Source of the DNA: Acidobacteriota bacterium
Lineage (GTDB): Bacteria; Acidobacteriota; Blastocatellia; Pyrinomonadales; Pyrinomonadaceae
Reading direction: 5' to 3'
NCBI GenBank assembly: GCA_046727215.1
Contig: JBKPCC010000040.1
Span: forward strand, 21,637-85,636
DNA: 64,000 bases
Positions 38,586-48,488 of this stretch are shown in pieces. Under the pieces are notes generated by a model. It saw nothing but the letters and a program-made list of their open reading frames with translations, ran no database searches and had not been told where the DNA came from. Every line of letters begins with the position of its first letter. Position 1 is the first letter of the stretch. A program made the position numbers and the translations under genes.

Positions 38586-40193
38586 TCAGATCGTGGAGGT
38601 CTCTCGGTATTCGCCCCAAACACTTCGCAAACGATTGCTAATCTCACCAACTGTCACATACGACTCGACGCACTGCAAAATTCGCGGCAGCATGTTTGCC
38701 GTACTCCTTGCGGCATCTTCTAAACTCTTCAACGCAGCTTCAGCGGCTGACGCATCGCGCCGGGCGCGGACTGCCTGGACACGCTTGATCTGCTGCTGTT
38801 CGATTTCCGAATCGATGCGCAACGTCTGAATTGTTGATTGCTCTTCATCCCGGAAGCGATTTACTCCAACGACAACAGCAATTCCCGATTCAATTGCCTG
38901 CTGATATTTGTACGCAGACTCCTGAATTTCGCGCTGGATATAGCCTGATTCAATGGCCCGCAGCATCCCGCCCAGTGCGTCAATCTTATCAAGATAAGCC
39001 GTCGCCCGTTTCTCGATCTCATTCGTAAGTTCCTCGATCGCATAGGACCCCGCGAGCGGATCCGCCGTATCGGCAACTCCGGACTCGTGCGCGATGACTT
39101 GTTGGGTTCGCAATGCAATTCGCGCTGCCTGTTCAGTCGGCAACGCCAGTGCCTCGTCCATCGCATTGGTGTGCAACGACTGCGTGCCTCCGAGTACGGC
39201 AGCAAGCGCCTGAATGGTCGTGCGCACCACGTTAACTTCAGGCTGCTGAGCCGTCAGTGACGACCCAGCGGTCTGCGTGTGGAAACGAAGCATCATCGAT
39301 CGGGGATCACGAGCGCCGAACCGGTCGCGCATTATCCTGGCCCAGAGCCTGCGAGCCGCACGGAACTTCGCTATCTCTTCCAACAGATTGTTATGCGAAT
39401 TGAAGAAAAAGGAGATGCGGGGAGCAAACTCATCGACTTTCAAGCCGGCGGCAAGAGCAGCCTCAACATAGGCAATCGCATCTCCGAGCGTAAACGCAAC
39501 TTCCTGAACGGCACTCGAGCCGGCCTCGCGGATGTGGTAACCACTAATTGAGATGGAATTCCAGTTCGGAACTTCGCGCGCACAGAAGGCGAATGTATCG
39601 GTAACGAGCCTCAAAGAAGGACCTGGTGGAAAAATGTATGTTCCTCGCGCAATATATTCCTTCAGAATGTCGTTCTGCAGAGTGCCTCGAACCTGATCAA
39701 ATTTCACCCCTTGTTTTCGAGCTACAGCTAGATACAGGCAAAGCAGTATCGATGCAGTTGCATTGATCGTCATCGACGTCGACACGCTGTCGAGTGGAAT
39801 GCCTTCAAACAGCCGCAACATGTCGTCCAGCGAATCGATTGCGACGCCGACTTTTCCTACTTCACCACGTGCCAGCGGATCGTCCGAATCCAGACCAATC
39901 TGCGTCGGCAGGTCAAATGCCACCGACAGTCCGGTTGTGCCTTGAGCCAGTAAGTATTTGTATCGGGCGTTTGATTCTTCCGCGGTCGCGTAACCGGCAT
40001 ATTGCCGCATGGTCCATAAGCGACCGCGATACATGTCTTTGTAAATGCCGCGCGTAAACGGATACTCACCCGGATCGCCTAAGTCGCGGTCGTAGTCAAC
40101 GGCTCGAGTGTTTGTCGGATTAAAGTCCGGTGGCAACTCTATTCCGGATGTCGTCTCGATGTGGTCCTTGTCAGATTTGGTCTTTGTTGCCAT
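38586..40193 (-). CDS. Methylmalonyl-CoA mutase-family large (catalytic TIM-barrel) subunit, without a B12-binding domain
   Basis: [50 protein letters not shown] is the hallmark N-terminus of acyl-CoA mutases. 535 aa covers only the substrate-binding barrel. No B12-binding subunit gene is adjacent. Confidence 0.88.
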   Translation of the reverse strand: MATKTKSDKDHIETTSGIELPPDFNPTNTRAVDYDRDLGDPGEYPFTRGIYKDMYRGRLWTMRQYAGYATAEESNARYKYLLAQGTTGLSVAFDLPTQIGLDSDDPLARGEVGKVGVAIDSLDDMLRLFEGIPLDSVSTSMTINATASILLCLYLAVARKQGVKFDQVRGTLQNDILKEYIARGTYIFPPGPSLRLVTDTFAFCAREVPNWNSISISGYHIREAGSSAVQEVAFTLGDAIAYVEAALAAGLKVDEFAPRISFFFNSHNNLLEEIAKFRAARRLWARIMRDRFGARDPRSMMLRFHTQTAGSSLTAQQPEVNVVRTTIQALAAVLGGTQSLHTNAMDEALALPTEQAARIALRTQQVIAHESGVADTADPLAGSYAIEELTNEIEKRATAYLDKIDALGGMLRAIESGYIQREIQESAYKYQQAIESGIAVVVGVNRFRDEEQSTIQTLRIDSEIEQQQIKRVQAVRARRDASAAEAALKSLEDAARSTANMLPRILQCVESYVTVGEISNRLRSVWGEYRETSTI

Positions 40194-40261
40194 GACGTGC
40201 GTGTTGCAACGCCCCGAGTGCGGCGATATTCGAAGCCTAACATAGCGTTTGTGAGCGTCGC

Positions 40262-40382
40262 AATTGAGGAAAACTTAGCCGCAGATTAATGCCGATTACG
40301 CAGATCAAGAGCGGAGGTTTTGAAACCGCGTCGCCTGCTAAGGTTTCCTCAATTTTGATCTGCGTCATCCGCGTTAATCTGC
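40262..40382. repeat. Two long interleaved (non-nested) inverted repeats in the divergent mutase/rlmI intergenic region
   Basis: A 40262-40279 AATTGAGGAAAACTTAGC pairs with A' 40337-40354 (17 of 18). B 40281-40308 GCAGATTAATGCCGATTACGCAGATCAA pairs with B' 40355-40382 (25 of 28). The order along the strand is A-B-A'-B'. Confidence 0.75.
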
Positions 40383-40448
40383 AATCATAATAGCTTGCCT
40401 TGGTGGAGATTTCCGATTATTAGGGCAAGCGTGTCAGAGTATAAGTGG

Positions 40449-41612
40449 ATGCCTGAAGCAATAGTAACAAAGCGTGGCGCAGACCGTGTTCGCAACGGAC
40501 ATCTTTGGATTTATCGAAGCGATGTGGTCGACGCATCGGACGTTGCGGGAGGCTCAGTCACAGCCGTGTTGGATCAACACAGGAACTTTGTGGGCCAGGC
40601 GTTTTATAGTGACCGCTCCGAAATCGCGCTGCGGCTGCTGACCAGATCCGACGAAGACATTAACCGCGATTGGTGGTCCGGACGCATCCATCAGGCAGCG
40701 CAACGCCGGCGAGTAATTGCAAAGAACACAAACGCCTATCGCCTCTTCTACTCCGAAGGAGATCTGATTTCCTCTCTGATCATCGATCGATATGACGATG
40801 TGCTTGTTCTACAGACTCTTTCTCAAGGAACTGAGGCGGTAAAGTCGACTTTTGTCGACTTACTCGTCGAACAGTTTAGTCCACGAGCAATTTTTGAAAG
40901 GAATGATGTGCGAGTGCGAGCACTTGAAGGCCTGCCCCTCGTGACGGGCGCGCTCTACGGCGACCCGGTTGACCAGGTTGAGGCGACACAACACGGTTTG
41001 AAACTTATCGTGGCGCCTATGGGAGGGCAGAAGACCGGTTCTTTTCTCGATCAGCGGGAAAACCGGCTTGCAGCGCAGTCGTACGCTCACGGCCGCGCGC
41101 TTGATTGCTTCACTTTCGCAGGTGGTTTTGCTCTTCACTTGTCTCGTGTGTGTGAGCGCGTGCTTGCGATCGATATATCTCCGGAAGCAGTTGCGTGGGC
41201 TCGTCGCAATGCCGAGTTGAATAACATCGCGAATGTCGAATTTCGTGAAGCAAATGTCTTCGACGCGTTGCGCGAATTTGAAGAGGCCGGCGAGAGATTC
41301 GACACCATCGTGCTCGATCCGCCGGCGTTTGCAAAAAATCGCGGCAGCATCAAGCCTGCATTGCGCGGGTACAAGGAGATAAACCTACGCGCACTTAAGC
41401 TCCTCAATCCCGGAGGCATTTTGGTGACGTGCACGTGTTCATATCACGTGTCGGAACAAATGTTTCTCGAAATTATTACCGAAGCGGCGAAAGATGCGCA
41501 TCGAAGGCTGCAGCTTGTGGAGAAGAGAACACAGGCAAGCGATCATCCAATACTCATCGGAGTCCCAGAGACGTATTACTTGAAGTGTGTCATTGCGAGA
41601 GTGATTGAATAA
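40449..41612 (+). CDS. rlmI: Class I SAM-dependent rRNA (cytosine-C5) methyltransferase, RlmI-like (PUA + MTase)
   Basis: N-terminal G.LWIYRSDV (PUA-like). QKTG.FLDQREN, LD.F...GGFALH, VLDPPAFAK and the CSYH motif are typical of the RlmI/RlmK family. The start was set at ATG 40449. Confidence 0.8.
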   Translation: MPEAIVTKRGADRVRNGHLWIYRSDVVDASDVAGGSVTAVLDQHRNFVGQAFYSDRSEIALRLLTRSDEDINRDWWSGRIHQAAQRRRVIAKNTNAYRLFYSEGDLISSLIIDRYDDVLVLQTLSQGTEAVKSTFVDLLVEQFSPRAIFERNDVRVRALEGLPLVTGALYGDPVDQVEATQHGLKLIVAPMGGQKTGSFLDQRENRLAAQSYAHGRALDCFTFAGGFALHLSRVCERVLAIDISPEAVAWARRNAELNNIANVEFREANVFDALREFEEAGERFDTIVLDPPAFAKNRGSIKPALRGYKEINLRALKLLNPGGILVTCTCSYHVSEQMFLEIITEAAKDAHRRLQLVEKRTQASDHPILIGVPETYYLKCVIARVIE

Positions 41613-42111
41613 GGGAGAAAGGGACATAGGGAGAGGGAGAGAGGGAGAGAGAGAGGGAGATGGGAGAGGAAGAGACGGACAATTTGACATTGGAGATTGG
41701 ACATTTCTCATTTGTCATTTAAGAGATTTGTTCGTGTTCGCTTCGTGTGAATTTGTGCACCATTTGTCCTGCTCGCGACAAAGAACCATCACGAAATCAC
41801 GATCCACCAAATCACGTTCCACGAAATCACGTTCCACGAAATCACGTTCCACGAAATCACGATCTGCAAATCACGATCCGGAAATCACGTTTCACGAAAT
41901 CACGATCTGCAAATCACGATCCGGAAAATCACGTTCCACGAATCACTTTTCCATCAAATCTCGTTTCCATGAAATCACGATCTGCAAATCATGATCTGCA
42001 AATCATGCGAACGAACACGAAGAATTGTTCTTAAATGACAAACGACGAATGTCCAATCTCCAATGTCAAATTGGTTTTTTATTTACCGTTTCCCTCTTCT
42101 CTCCTTCCCTC
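41613..42111. repeat. About 500 nt composite nested palindrome filling the convergent rlmI/BNR intergenic region
   Basis: Outer G/A-rich arm 41613-41676 pairs with C/T-rich arm 42088-42111. Family-3 arms 41681-41723 pair with 42030-42072 (25 nt exact). Family-2 arms 41725-41749 pair with 42004-42027. A central tandem array lies between them. Confidence 0.85.
41788..42008 (+). repeat. Tandem array of about 15-16 units of a 14-16 nt motif (ATCACG[A/T]TC[C/T]NC[G/A]AA)
   Basis: Unit starts read off at 41788, 41796, 41811, 41826, 41841, 41856, 41870, 41884, 41899, 41913, 41928, 41942, 41958, 41974, 41988 and 42002. Units are contiguous, with no spacers. Confidence 0.85.
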
Positions 42112-42118
42112 GCAGCTA

Positions 42119-45100
42119 TTAGTTCATCCCCGGATCCGGTTCCAGTACGACCTTCGTCGTATATTCTTTTCCGCCAACTGATACCTTAACGACGTAAGTG
42201 CCGGGATCGAGAGCGGGCCCCTGGTTGAAAAAGCCACCGAAGCCTCCGCCACCGCCACCGCCTCCTTGGCCTCCCCCGCCAAAGCCCTGGAAATTCGGCG
42301 GTCCGGGCGGCACGTCACCACGAAGATTCCACTGCACGCGGTTGATGCCGAGTTCTCTCGTTCCCACAAGGTTCCGAACAATCTTTCCCGCGTAATCCGA
42401 GACTGTGATCTTCACATCGCCTTGCGGAGCCGATTTTAAGTAGTAGCTGATCGCGGTGCCCGGCGCCGGGTTGGCTCCGCGGAACCACTTCGATCCGCCG
42501 GTGTAGCGACTAAGGCGCATATCGTTCATCCAGTTAGTTCCAGGTCGCACATCAAACAGATGAACATCAGCATCTGTGACCTTCGCACTCAGTTGTTGAA
42601 GTGGAGTTATGTCGTCGAGGATGTAGATCCCACGACCATGCGTGCCAACAATCAGATCGTTGTCGCGAGGGTGAACGAGGATGTCATCGATTCGCACTCT
42701 CGGGAGACCTGACATGAACGGCTTCCATTGCGAACCAGCATTTAACGAAACAAACAAACCAATCTCAGTTCCTACATAAAGTAGATCCTTGTTCTTTAGA
42801 TCTTCACGGACCACATTGACGGTACCGACCGTCGGAAGATTGTTGACAATCGATGTCCAGGTTTGGCCGTAATCGCGGGTCACAAACAAATACGGTTTCA
42901 GATCATCTGTGCGATGGCCATCGACCGCGAGGTAACATGCGGCCGCGTCATAGTGAGACGGCTCTACACGGGAAATGTGGTACGTCTCTCCTATACCCGG
43001 CACGTTGTTCGCGACATTGGTCCAAGTCGCTCCTCCGTCGCGACTGAGTTGCACGTTCCCATCGTCCGTGCCAACCCATAACACTCCGGGAAGCTTTGGC
43101 GACTCGGCGATCGTCACGATGTATCCATAGCCTGTGTAACCATCGTTCTTTGAGGCCATCGGATCTTTGCCTGAAACACCCATGATGGAGAGCGTGTTTC
43201 GGTCCAGGTGCTTCGTCAAATCCTGACTGGCAATCCACGTATCACCTCGATCCAACGACCTAAAGAATCGATCGCCTCCAACATACAGAATGCGGGGATT
43301 GTGCGGCGACATTATTAACGGGGTATTCCAATAAAACCGGAACTGCTCGTTCGCAGGAGGTGTCGGTACCACATTCGACGCTAACAACGCAGCAGCTGGT
43401 CCAAAGCCTTGTGCCGCGGCGAATGCAGCTAACGAGTTCGTCTGGTCCTGCGGCGATGCGTCAGGCGAGGCGTTTGGAGACGCAGCGGGTTGAGCCTGCC
43501 TGCCTTGGCCACCACCCTGGTTTCCGCCTCGACGAGGCACACCGCGCGGCCGGATACTGACTCCCCTTCCGGTCCTCAAGTCAATTCGGGTCATCGCGCC
43601 GTTTTGCGATTCCGAGTAGACCGTGTAGGGATCAGTCGGATCGGCCTGAGCGTAGAAGCCATCACCACCACCGACGCGATACCAGTCAGCGTTTGTTATG
43701 CCGTTGGCGTTGCGTGTCTGGCTCGGTCCGCCCCACGATCCGTTATCCTGAAGTCCCCCGTAAACGTAATACGGCTTACGCATGTCCGCAGCGATCGCGT
43801 AAAACTGGGCAGCGGGAATGGTATTGACGAATTCCCAAGTCGCGCCTTCGTCATAACTCACATCCAACCCACCGTCATTTCCGATCATGATGTGGTTGCC
43901 ATTGTTCGGATCGATCCAGATCGCGTGATGATCGCTGTGTGCAATCCCGGGTTGTAAAGACTTGAATGTCTTTCCACCATCAGTTGATTTACTAAAATTG
44001 AGCCCACCCACATAGACATAATCCGGATTCTTCGCGTCAACCCGGATCTGGCTGTAATACATCGGGCGGTTGTTCTCGTTGCTCACAACTCGCCATGTTC
44101 GTCCCTTGTCGTCCGAACGCCACACGCCCGCTTTCTTCGGGTCAGGAGGGGAAGGTCTCGGAGACGCGGCTGGACTTGCAGCTGGCGAGGCACCCGGCGA
44201 CGGTGATGCAGACGGACTTGGACTAGGGCTCGGGTTTGCTGCGCCACCACCAACAACAGGTTCCTCGCCGCCGGTGCCGGTGCTCGCGCCAACTTCTATT
44301 TGGGCGTACACAACGTTGGGATTTGATCTTGAAACGTCCAAGCCGATGCGGCCTAAGAATCCCCCCGGCAAGCCGGCACCTTCGAGTTTTGTCCAGCTCT
44401 TGCCCGCATCCGTGGTCTTCCAGATGCCGCTGCCTGGCCCACCGCCATTGAATCCGAATGAAGTTCTACGGCGCTGGTAAGAGGCGCCGTACAGCGTTTT
44501 GTTATCGCGCGCGTCCATTACGAGATCCGTGAAACCTGTGTCTTCGTCAATGAACTTCACGTTGTTCCAAGTCGTGCCACCATCTGTTGTCTTGTAAACT
44601 CCGCGCTCTTTGTTTGGACCAAAAAGGTGGCCTAGAACTGCGACATAAACAATGTTGGGATCCTTGGGATCGATCAGGATCCGCGAAATCGACTGTGAGT
44701 CGCGCAGTCCCATATTGACGAAGGTCTTTCCGGCATCAGTTGATTTGTATATTCCGTCGCCGAAGCTCGAGCTTTGCCGGTTGTTAGCTTCTCCTGTTCC
44801 AACCCAAACAACGTCCGGATTTGATTGGGACACCGCAATGTCTCCGATTGAACCCGTTGAATAAGTATCGAAGATGGGTTGCCAGGTCGTGCCGTTGTTA
44901 GTCGACTTCCAGACGCCTCCAGTCGCAAAGCCGACATAAATAATGTAGGTATTGCTTTCAACGACAGCGATGTCATCTATGCGCCCGCCCATGCTTGCTG
45001 GGCCAATCCCACGGAACACGAATCTCCTCAACATCGGATCTTCGGACCAATTGATCGGCGTGGGGGTCGGGCTTGGAGAAGGAGTCGGCGACGGGCTTGC

Positions 45101-45232
45101 GGTCGGTGTCGGACTCTGGGTTTGCTCAGCGGTGGGATTCTGCGCATGGCTGGCAATGGTCGCCAGTGCCATGACAGAGATGGCCAGCATTAGCGCGATC
45201 AAGACATAGATAGCACGAGCCTTCTCTTTCAT
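42119..45232 (-). CDS. Secreted sortilin/VPS10-type BNR (Asp-box) repeat beta-propeller protein
   Basis: 1037 aa with a signal peptide. Has many S-x-D-x-G-x-T-W Asp-box repeats (STNNGTTW, STDAGKTF, TTDGGTTW, TTDAGKSW, SDDKGRTW, STDGGKTF, SYDEGATW, SLDRGDTW, SRDGGATW, TRDYGQTW). Also has Pro/Ser/Ala linkers and a Gly-rich C-terminal segment. Confidence 0.8.
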   Translation of the reverse strand: MKEKARAIYVLIALMLAISVMALATIASHAQNPTAEQTQSPTPTASPSPTPSPSPTPTPINWSEDPMLRRFVFRGIGPASMGGRIDDIAVVESNTYIIYVGFATGGVWKSTNNGTTWQPIFDTYSTGSIGDIAVSQSNPDVVWVGTGEANNRQSSSFGDGIYKSTDAGKTFVNMGLRDSQSISRILIDPKDPNIVYVAVLGHLFGPNKERGVYKTTDGGTTWNNVKFIDEDTGFTDLVMDARDNKTLYGASYQRRRTSFGFNGGGPGSGIWKTTDAGKSWTKLEGAGLPGGFLGRIGLDVSRSNPNVVYAQIEVGASTGTGGEEPVVGGGAANPSPSPSPSASPSPGASPAASPAASPRPSPPDPKKAGVWRSDDKGRTWRVVSNENNRPMYYSQIRVDAKNPDYVYVGGLNFSKSTDGGKTFKSLQPGIAHSDHHAIWIDPNNGNHIMIGNDGGLDVSYDEGATWEFVNTIPAAQFYAIAADMRKPYYVYGGLQDNGSWGGPSQTRNANGITNADWYRVGGGDGFYAQADPTDPYTVYSESQNGAMTRIDLRTGRGVSIRPRGVPRRGGNQGGGQGRQAQPAASPNASPDASPQDQTNSLAAFAAAQGFGPAAALLASNVVPTPPANEQFRFYWNTPLIMSPHNPRILYVGGDRFFRSLDRGDTWIASQDLTKHLDRNTLSIMGVSGKDPMASKNDGYTGYGYIVTIAESPKLPGVLWVGTDDGNVQLSRDGGATWTNVANNVPGIGETYHISRVEPSHYDAAACYLAVDGHRTDDLKPYLFVTRDYGQTWTSIVNNLPTVGTVNVVREDLKNKDLLYVGTEIGLFVSLNAGSQWKPFMSGLPRVRIDDILVHPRDNDLIVGTHGRGIYILDDITPLQQLSAKVTDADVHLFDVRPGTNWMNDMRLSRYTGGSKWFRGANPAPGTAISYYLKSAPQGDVKITVSDYAGKIVRNLVGTRELGINRVQWNLRGDVPPGPPNFQGFGGGGQGGGGGGGGFGGFFNQGPALDPGTYVVKVSVGGKEYTTKVVLEPDPGMN

Positions 45233-45392
45233 CAGAAAAAGATCCTTTCAATTGAGTTATTTCACTGCGCGGGATTACACGACGGCCATGGAACGGCCTG
45301 GCAGACGAACGTTCTTACGCACCAACCAGCCAATTGTTTCGCGGCTAATCGGAGTCTTACTAACAATTCCACTTGAGAGGCGACTTCGCAAC

Positions 45393-46601
45393 TTAGAGGC
45401 GGTGTAGCCACGTCTCGTACTTCAGCTTCTCACTGAGCAGCCATGCCTGGAAGTCCTCGAGTCGGCGCTCCGGATGCTGCGTGTCAAATGCACTAAGATT
45501 GTCGAGCAAGGTCTTTCGGATATCATGCGTGACTACCTCAACTCCCGCTCTCAGGTCTTCCTGTTGCGCCATGGTGAAGTTAGGAAATTCGCTTAACACC
45601 TGAGCAAACGCAGCTTCGTTGACTCCGGCGTTTCTGAGAGAGAAGTGCGTCCTGAGCTCCTCAATGGCTGACGTCACGGTTAAATCTGTATTTGAAGAAA
45701 CGCGGTCGAAATTCTTTAGGACATCGGAGATTTGATATTTACGACCCGCAACGAATGCACGAAAAGTTGCCGCCCGAGTGTCTTTACCCTCCCACGTGCC
45801 ATCGTCAAATACCACGGCTCCGAGCACAACATCCTGCGACTCGAGCGGCCGCGGAACATAGCCTCCGCCAACTTCGAGTGCTCGCGTGACTCCGAAAGGG
45901 CGAGTCTCATATGTGTCACCTGCACCAATCAAAGGCTTGCCATCGGGATTGTGTAGAAGAGAGGAAATTCTAAGTTTCCCATCTGCTTGCAAGCCAAGCC
46001 ACAGCGCGCTGATTGCCTTTTTGGAGAGATTACGCAGAGTCAGCTGATACTGAGGCAGGGTCGAATTCGCAGCCTTGATTGTGATCACTTCAAGTGATTG
46101 GGTGTCGTTGATGACATTATTCGGGACAACAACAGTTGGGGAACTCCTGATGACTTTGATTTCAAACGGTTCAATGCCGAATGATTTCAACTCATTGACA
46201 ACCCTTGTTTCATTTTCACCGAGATGGTAGGTGGCTACCGACTCCTCGCGTTCGTGCAAGCGGCCTTTAAAAACGGAGACGTAAATGTCGACTGTTTCAC
46301 CGTTGAATTGTGACACAATCTTTACCGCCGCGACAGGCAGGGAGCCTTTGGGTAACTGCCAACCTGGTGTGCTGGAGAATCTGGCATACCAAGCACCAGC
46401 CCGTCTCGATTCGCTGCCAGGCACAGTCAGGTAATCCGGTGGTGTACCAGGAATATAAACCACCTCCAAGGCCAGCCGACTAGGATTGGCAACGGCTATT
46501 GGCGGCGCCTGGCTCTTGGAAGCAGTAGAGGGTTGCTGACCTGTTGTAACGACGGGATAAGCAATTAGGACCACCGTTGCCAAGGAGAGCAGCATTCTCA
46601 T
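45393..46601 (-). CDS. Hypothetical secreted protein
   Basis: 402 aa with an N-terminal signal peptide (MRMLLSLATVVLIAYPVVTTG). No recognised motif. It lies 12 nt downstream of the S41 protease gene on the same strand. Confidence 0.55.
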   Translation of the reverse strand: MRMLLSLATVVLIAYPVVTTGQQPSTASKSQAPPIAVANPSRLALEVVYIPGTPPDYLTVPGSESRRAGAWYARFSSTPGWQLPKGSLPVAAVKIVSQFNGETVDIYVSVFKGRLHEREESVATYHLGENETRVVNELKSFGIEPFEIKVIRSSPTVVVPNNVINDTQSLEVITIKAANSTLPQYQLTLRNLSKKAISALWLGLQADGKLRISSLLHNPDGKPLIGAGDTYETRPFGVTRALEVGGGYVPRPLESQDVVLGAVVFDDGTWEGKDTRAATFRAFVAGRKYQISDVLKNFDRVSSNTDLTVTSAIEELRTHFSLRNAGVNEAAFAQVLSEFPNFTMAQQEDLRAGVEVVTHDIRKTLLDNLSAFDTQHPERRLEDFQAWLLSEKLKYETWLHRL

Positions 46602-46613
46602 CGGGTGAGTCTC

Positions 46614-48443
46614 TTAGCTCCGTGAAGTGACACTCCGCGCGCTTTCAGCCAGGCGTTTGGCATCTGGCAACGCCTCAACAGCGCGTAGAACCTGAGGATC
46701 GCTGTCCAACAGAATGCGGGCTCCGGCGTCATTCGAAAATGCTGCGGTGATTATCTCCTCCCGCAGTCGTAGCTTCGCAAATTCGAGCTCTTCGTCCAGC
46801 TGTGCTGAAGTAAATCCCGCGAGGCTATCTGAGCGCACGAATTCTTTAAATGCTTCAATCACTCGATCAGTGATTGGGTAGTCACCTGCTTTCACAGAGC
46901 GTCCGTAAAGCACTTTTTCGACTTTATAGCTTTCCAGCCCGCTCACCACACCGGCAGCAAGTTGGCGCGTGAAATAGAAAGCACTCTCGGCGATCCTCTG
47001 CCGCAATGGCGTCGCGTTTAACGGCTTAATTTCAACATCGGGAGTGATACCACCGCCGCCATAAAAAACTCGGCCGACGGCAGTTGTTACAGCCGGACCT
47101 GTTCGCGGGTGCGGCGTAGGCGACGCAAGGGCCAGCGGCGCCTCGAGGTTTCTTACGCCAGGTGTGGGTGACGCCTGAGGTTTAGCATCATCGGTTTCAT
47201 GCCTGGTGTAATAATCATAAAGTGAACCGCTCGAGTAATCGCGCTGCAAAGATCGACCATATGGCGTGTAATAACGTGCGGTTGTTAAAGTAAGGCCAGT
47301 ATTAAATGGAAGTTGAAAGACTCGCTGTACAAGTCCCTTGCCGAAACTCGTTTCGCCGACAATTAAGCCGCGCCCATGATCCTGTATAGCGCCTGCGACA
47401 ATCTCAGATGCTGATGCAGTGTTACGATTGATGAGAACTACTAGCGGCAGATCTTCCGGATCGTTACCGCTGGATTTGTAGACCATGGGTTCGCTGTACT
47501 CGCTGCGACCTTTAACGGAGACTACGACCTGTCCACGCGAAAGAAACTCGCTCGAGACATCTATCGCTTGATCCAACAGTCCTCCCGGGTTGCCGCGCAA
47601 ATCAAGGACCAGTTGACGCATTCCCTGCTCTTTAAGTCGCTTCAGTGCTTCTCGCAGTTCGTCATCCGTCGTATGTTGGAACCCACCAGTCAAACCAATA
47701 TAGCCTGTCCCCGGTTTTATAATGTATTCATTGCGAATCGACGGAAGCGGCACCGCATCACGTACGATAGTGAAATTCATTGGCCCTTCGGCGCCGGCCC
47801 GCTCGACCTTGATTGTGACCGGTTCGTTTTTGCCGCCACGAACATTTTTCGACACTTGCTCACTGGTCCAGTCACGAGCATCCTTGCCATCAACCTCGAG
47901 AATGCGATCGCCATACCTCAGTCCGAGGCGCGCCGCCGGGGTTCCTTCAACAGCTGATTGAACGTACACCCCATCCCGATGCTGAACGATCGTCACGCCG
48001 ATTCCAAAGAACCGGGAATCCTGATCCTCTTTAAGCTTCTTGAACTCGAGGTAAGGGAAATAAACCGAGTGAGGATCCAAGGTTGACAGCATGCCCTGAA
48101 TGGCCGCCTGCGTCGCCTTTTCGTAATCGATTTCGCCTGCGTAGTTGGAAGATAAGGCTGAAATTGCCTCGTTGTAGTCCTTCTCAATGTCTTCTGCGGC
48201 GCGATAGGCCCCGCCTGGGCCGGCTGACGATGGGCGGCGAAACATCCGGGATTGCCCAATCGTTCCGCCGAACAAGGCAGCCATCAGAATCACAGCGACA
48301 GCAATGAGCAGAAACTTCTTATTGCGCAGTATTCCGGTGTAGTTTGGAGAGTCACTGCCGAAATGATTGGCTACTTCCATCGCCCAAAATATAGCACAAC
48401 GATCCCTCTGTTTCCGAAAGTAACGCATGGCCTCGCGACCCAT
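46614..48443 (-). CDS. ctpA: Carboxy-terminal processing peptidase (S41 family) with PDZ domain
   Basis: PDZ region (G.GV........V.S...G.PA...GL..GD.I..VDG) and S41 catalytic motifs (LDLR.NPGG, N..TASASEI.AGA.QD..R). The exact start is uncertain because several in-frame Met precede the TM anchor. Confidence 0.85.
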   Translation of the reverse strand: MGREAMRYFRKQRDRCAIFWAMEVANHFGSDSPNYTGILRNKKFLLIAVAVILMAALFGGTIGQSRMFRRPSSAGPGGAYRAAEDIEKDYNEAISALSSNYAGEIDYEKATQAAIQGMLSTLDPHSVYFPYLEFKKLKEDQDSRFFGIGVTIVQHRDGVYVQSAVEGTPAARLGLRYGDRILEVDGKDARDWTSEQVSKNVRGGKNEPVTIKVERAGAEGPMNFTIVRDAVPLPSIRNEYIIKPGTGYIGLTGGFQHTTDDELREALKRLKEQGMRQLVLDLRGNPGGLLDQAIDVSSEFLSRGQVVVSVKGRSEYSEPMVYKSSGNDPEDLPLVVLINRNTASASEIVAGAIQDHGRGLIVGETSFGKGLVQRVFQLPFNTGLTLTTARYYTPYGRSLQRDYSSGSLYDYYTRHETDDAKPQASPTPGVRNLEAPLALASPTPHPRTGPAVTTAVGRVFYGGGGITPDVEIKPLNATPLRQRIAESAFYFTRQLAAGVVSGLESYKVEKVLYGRSVKAGDYPITDRVIEAFKEFVRSDSLAGFTSAQLDEELEFAKLRLREEIITAAFSNDAGARILLDSDPQVLRAVEALPDAKRLAESARSVTSRS

Positions 48444-48488
48444 GCCGAATCAGAGGTGCGGCACTATGGTATATTCGCGACGTAACCG

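Noticed and set aside
40194-40448. Cobalamin riboswitch upstream of the B12-dependent mutase gene
   Set aside because: No B12-box-like sequence was recognisable. The structured segment consists of the same dispersed word repeats found elsewhere.
41788-42008. Possible CRISPR array, because of many regularly spaced short repeats
   Set aside because: The 14-16 nt units are contiguous with no unique spacers, far shorter than CRISPR repeats, and no cas genes are present. It is a plain tandem repeat.
41605-42034. ORFs 41605..41994 (129 aa) and 41747..42034 (95 aa) as protein-coding genes
   Set aside because: Their translations are periodic low-complexity peptides (KSRST..., NHVPR...) produced by reading through the tandem array and repeat arms. 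There is no RBS or recognisable domain.
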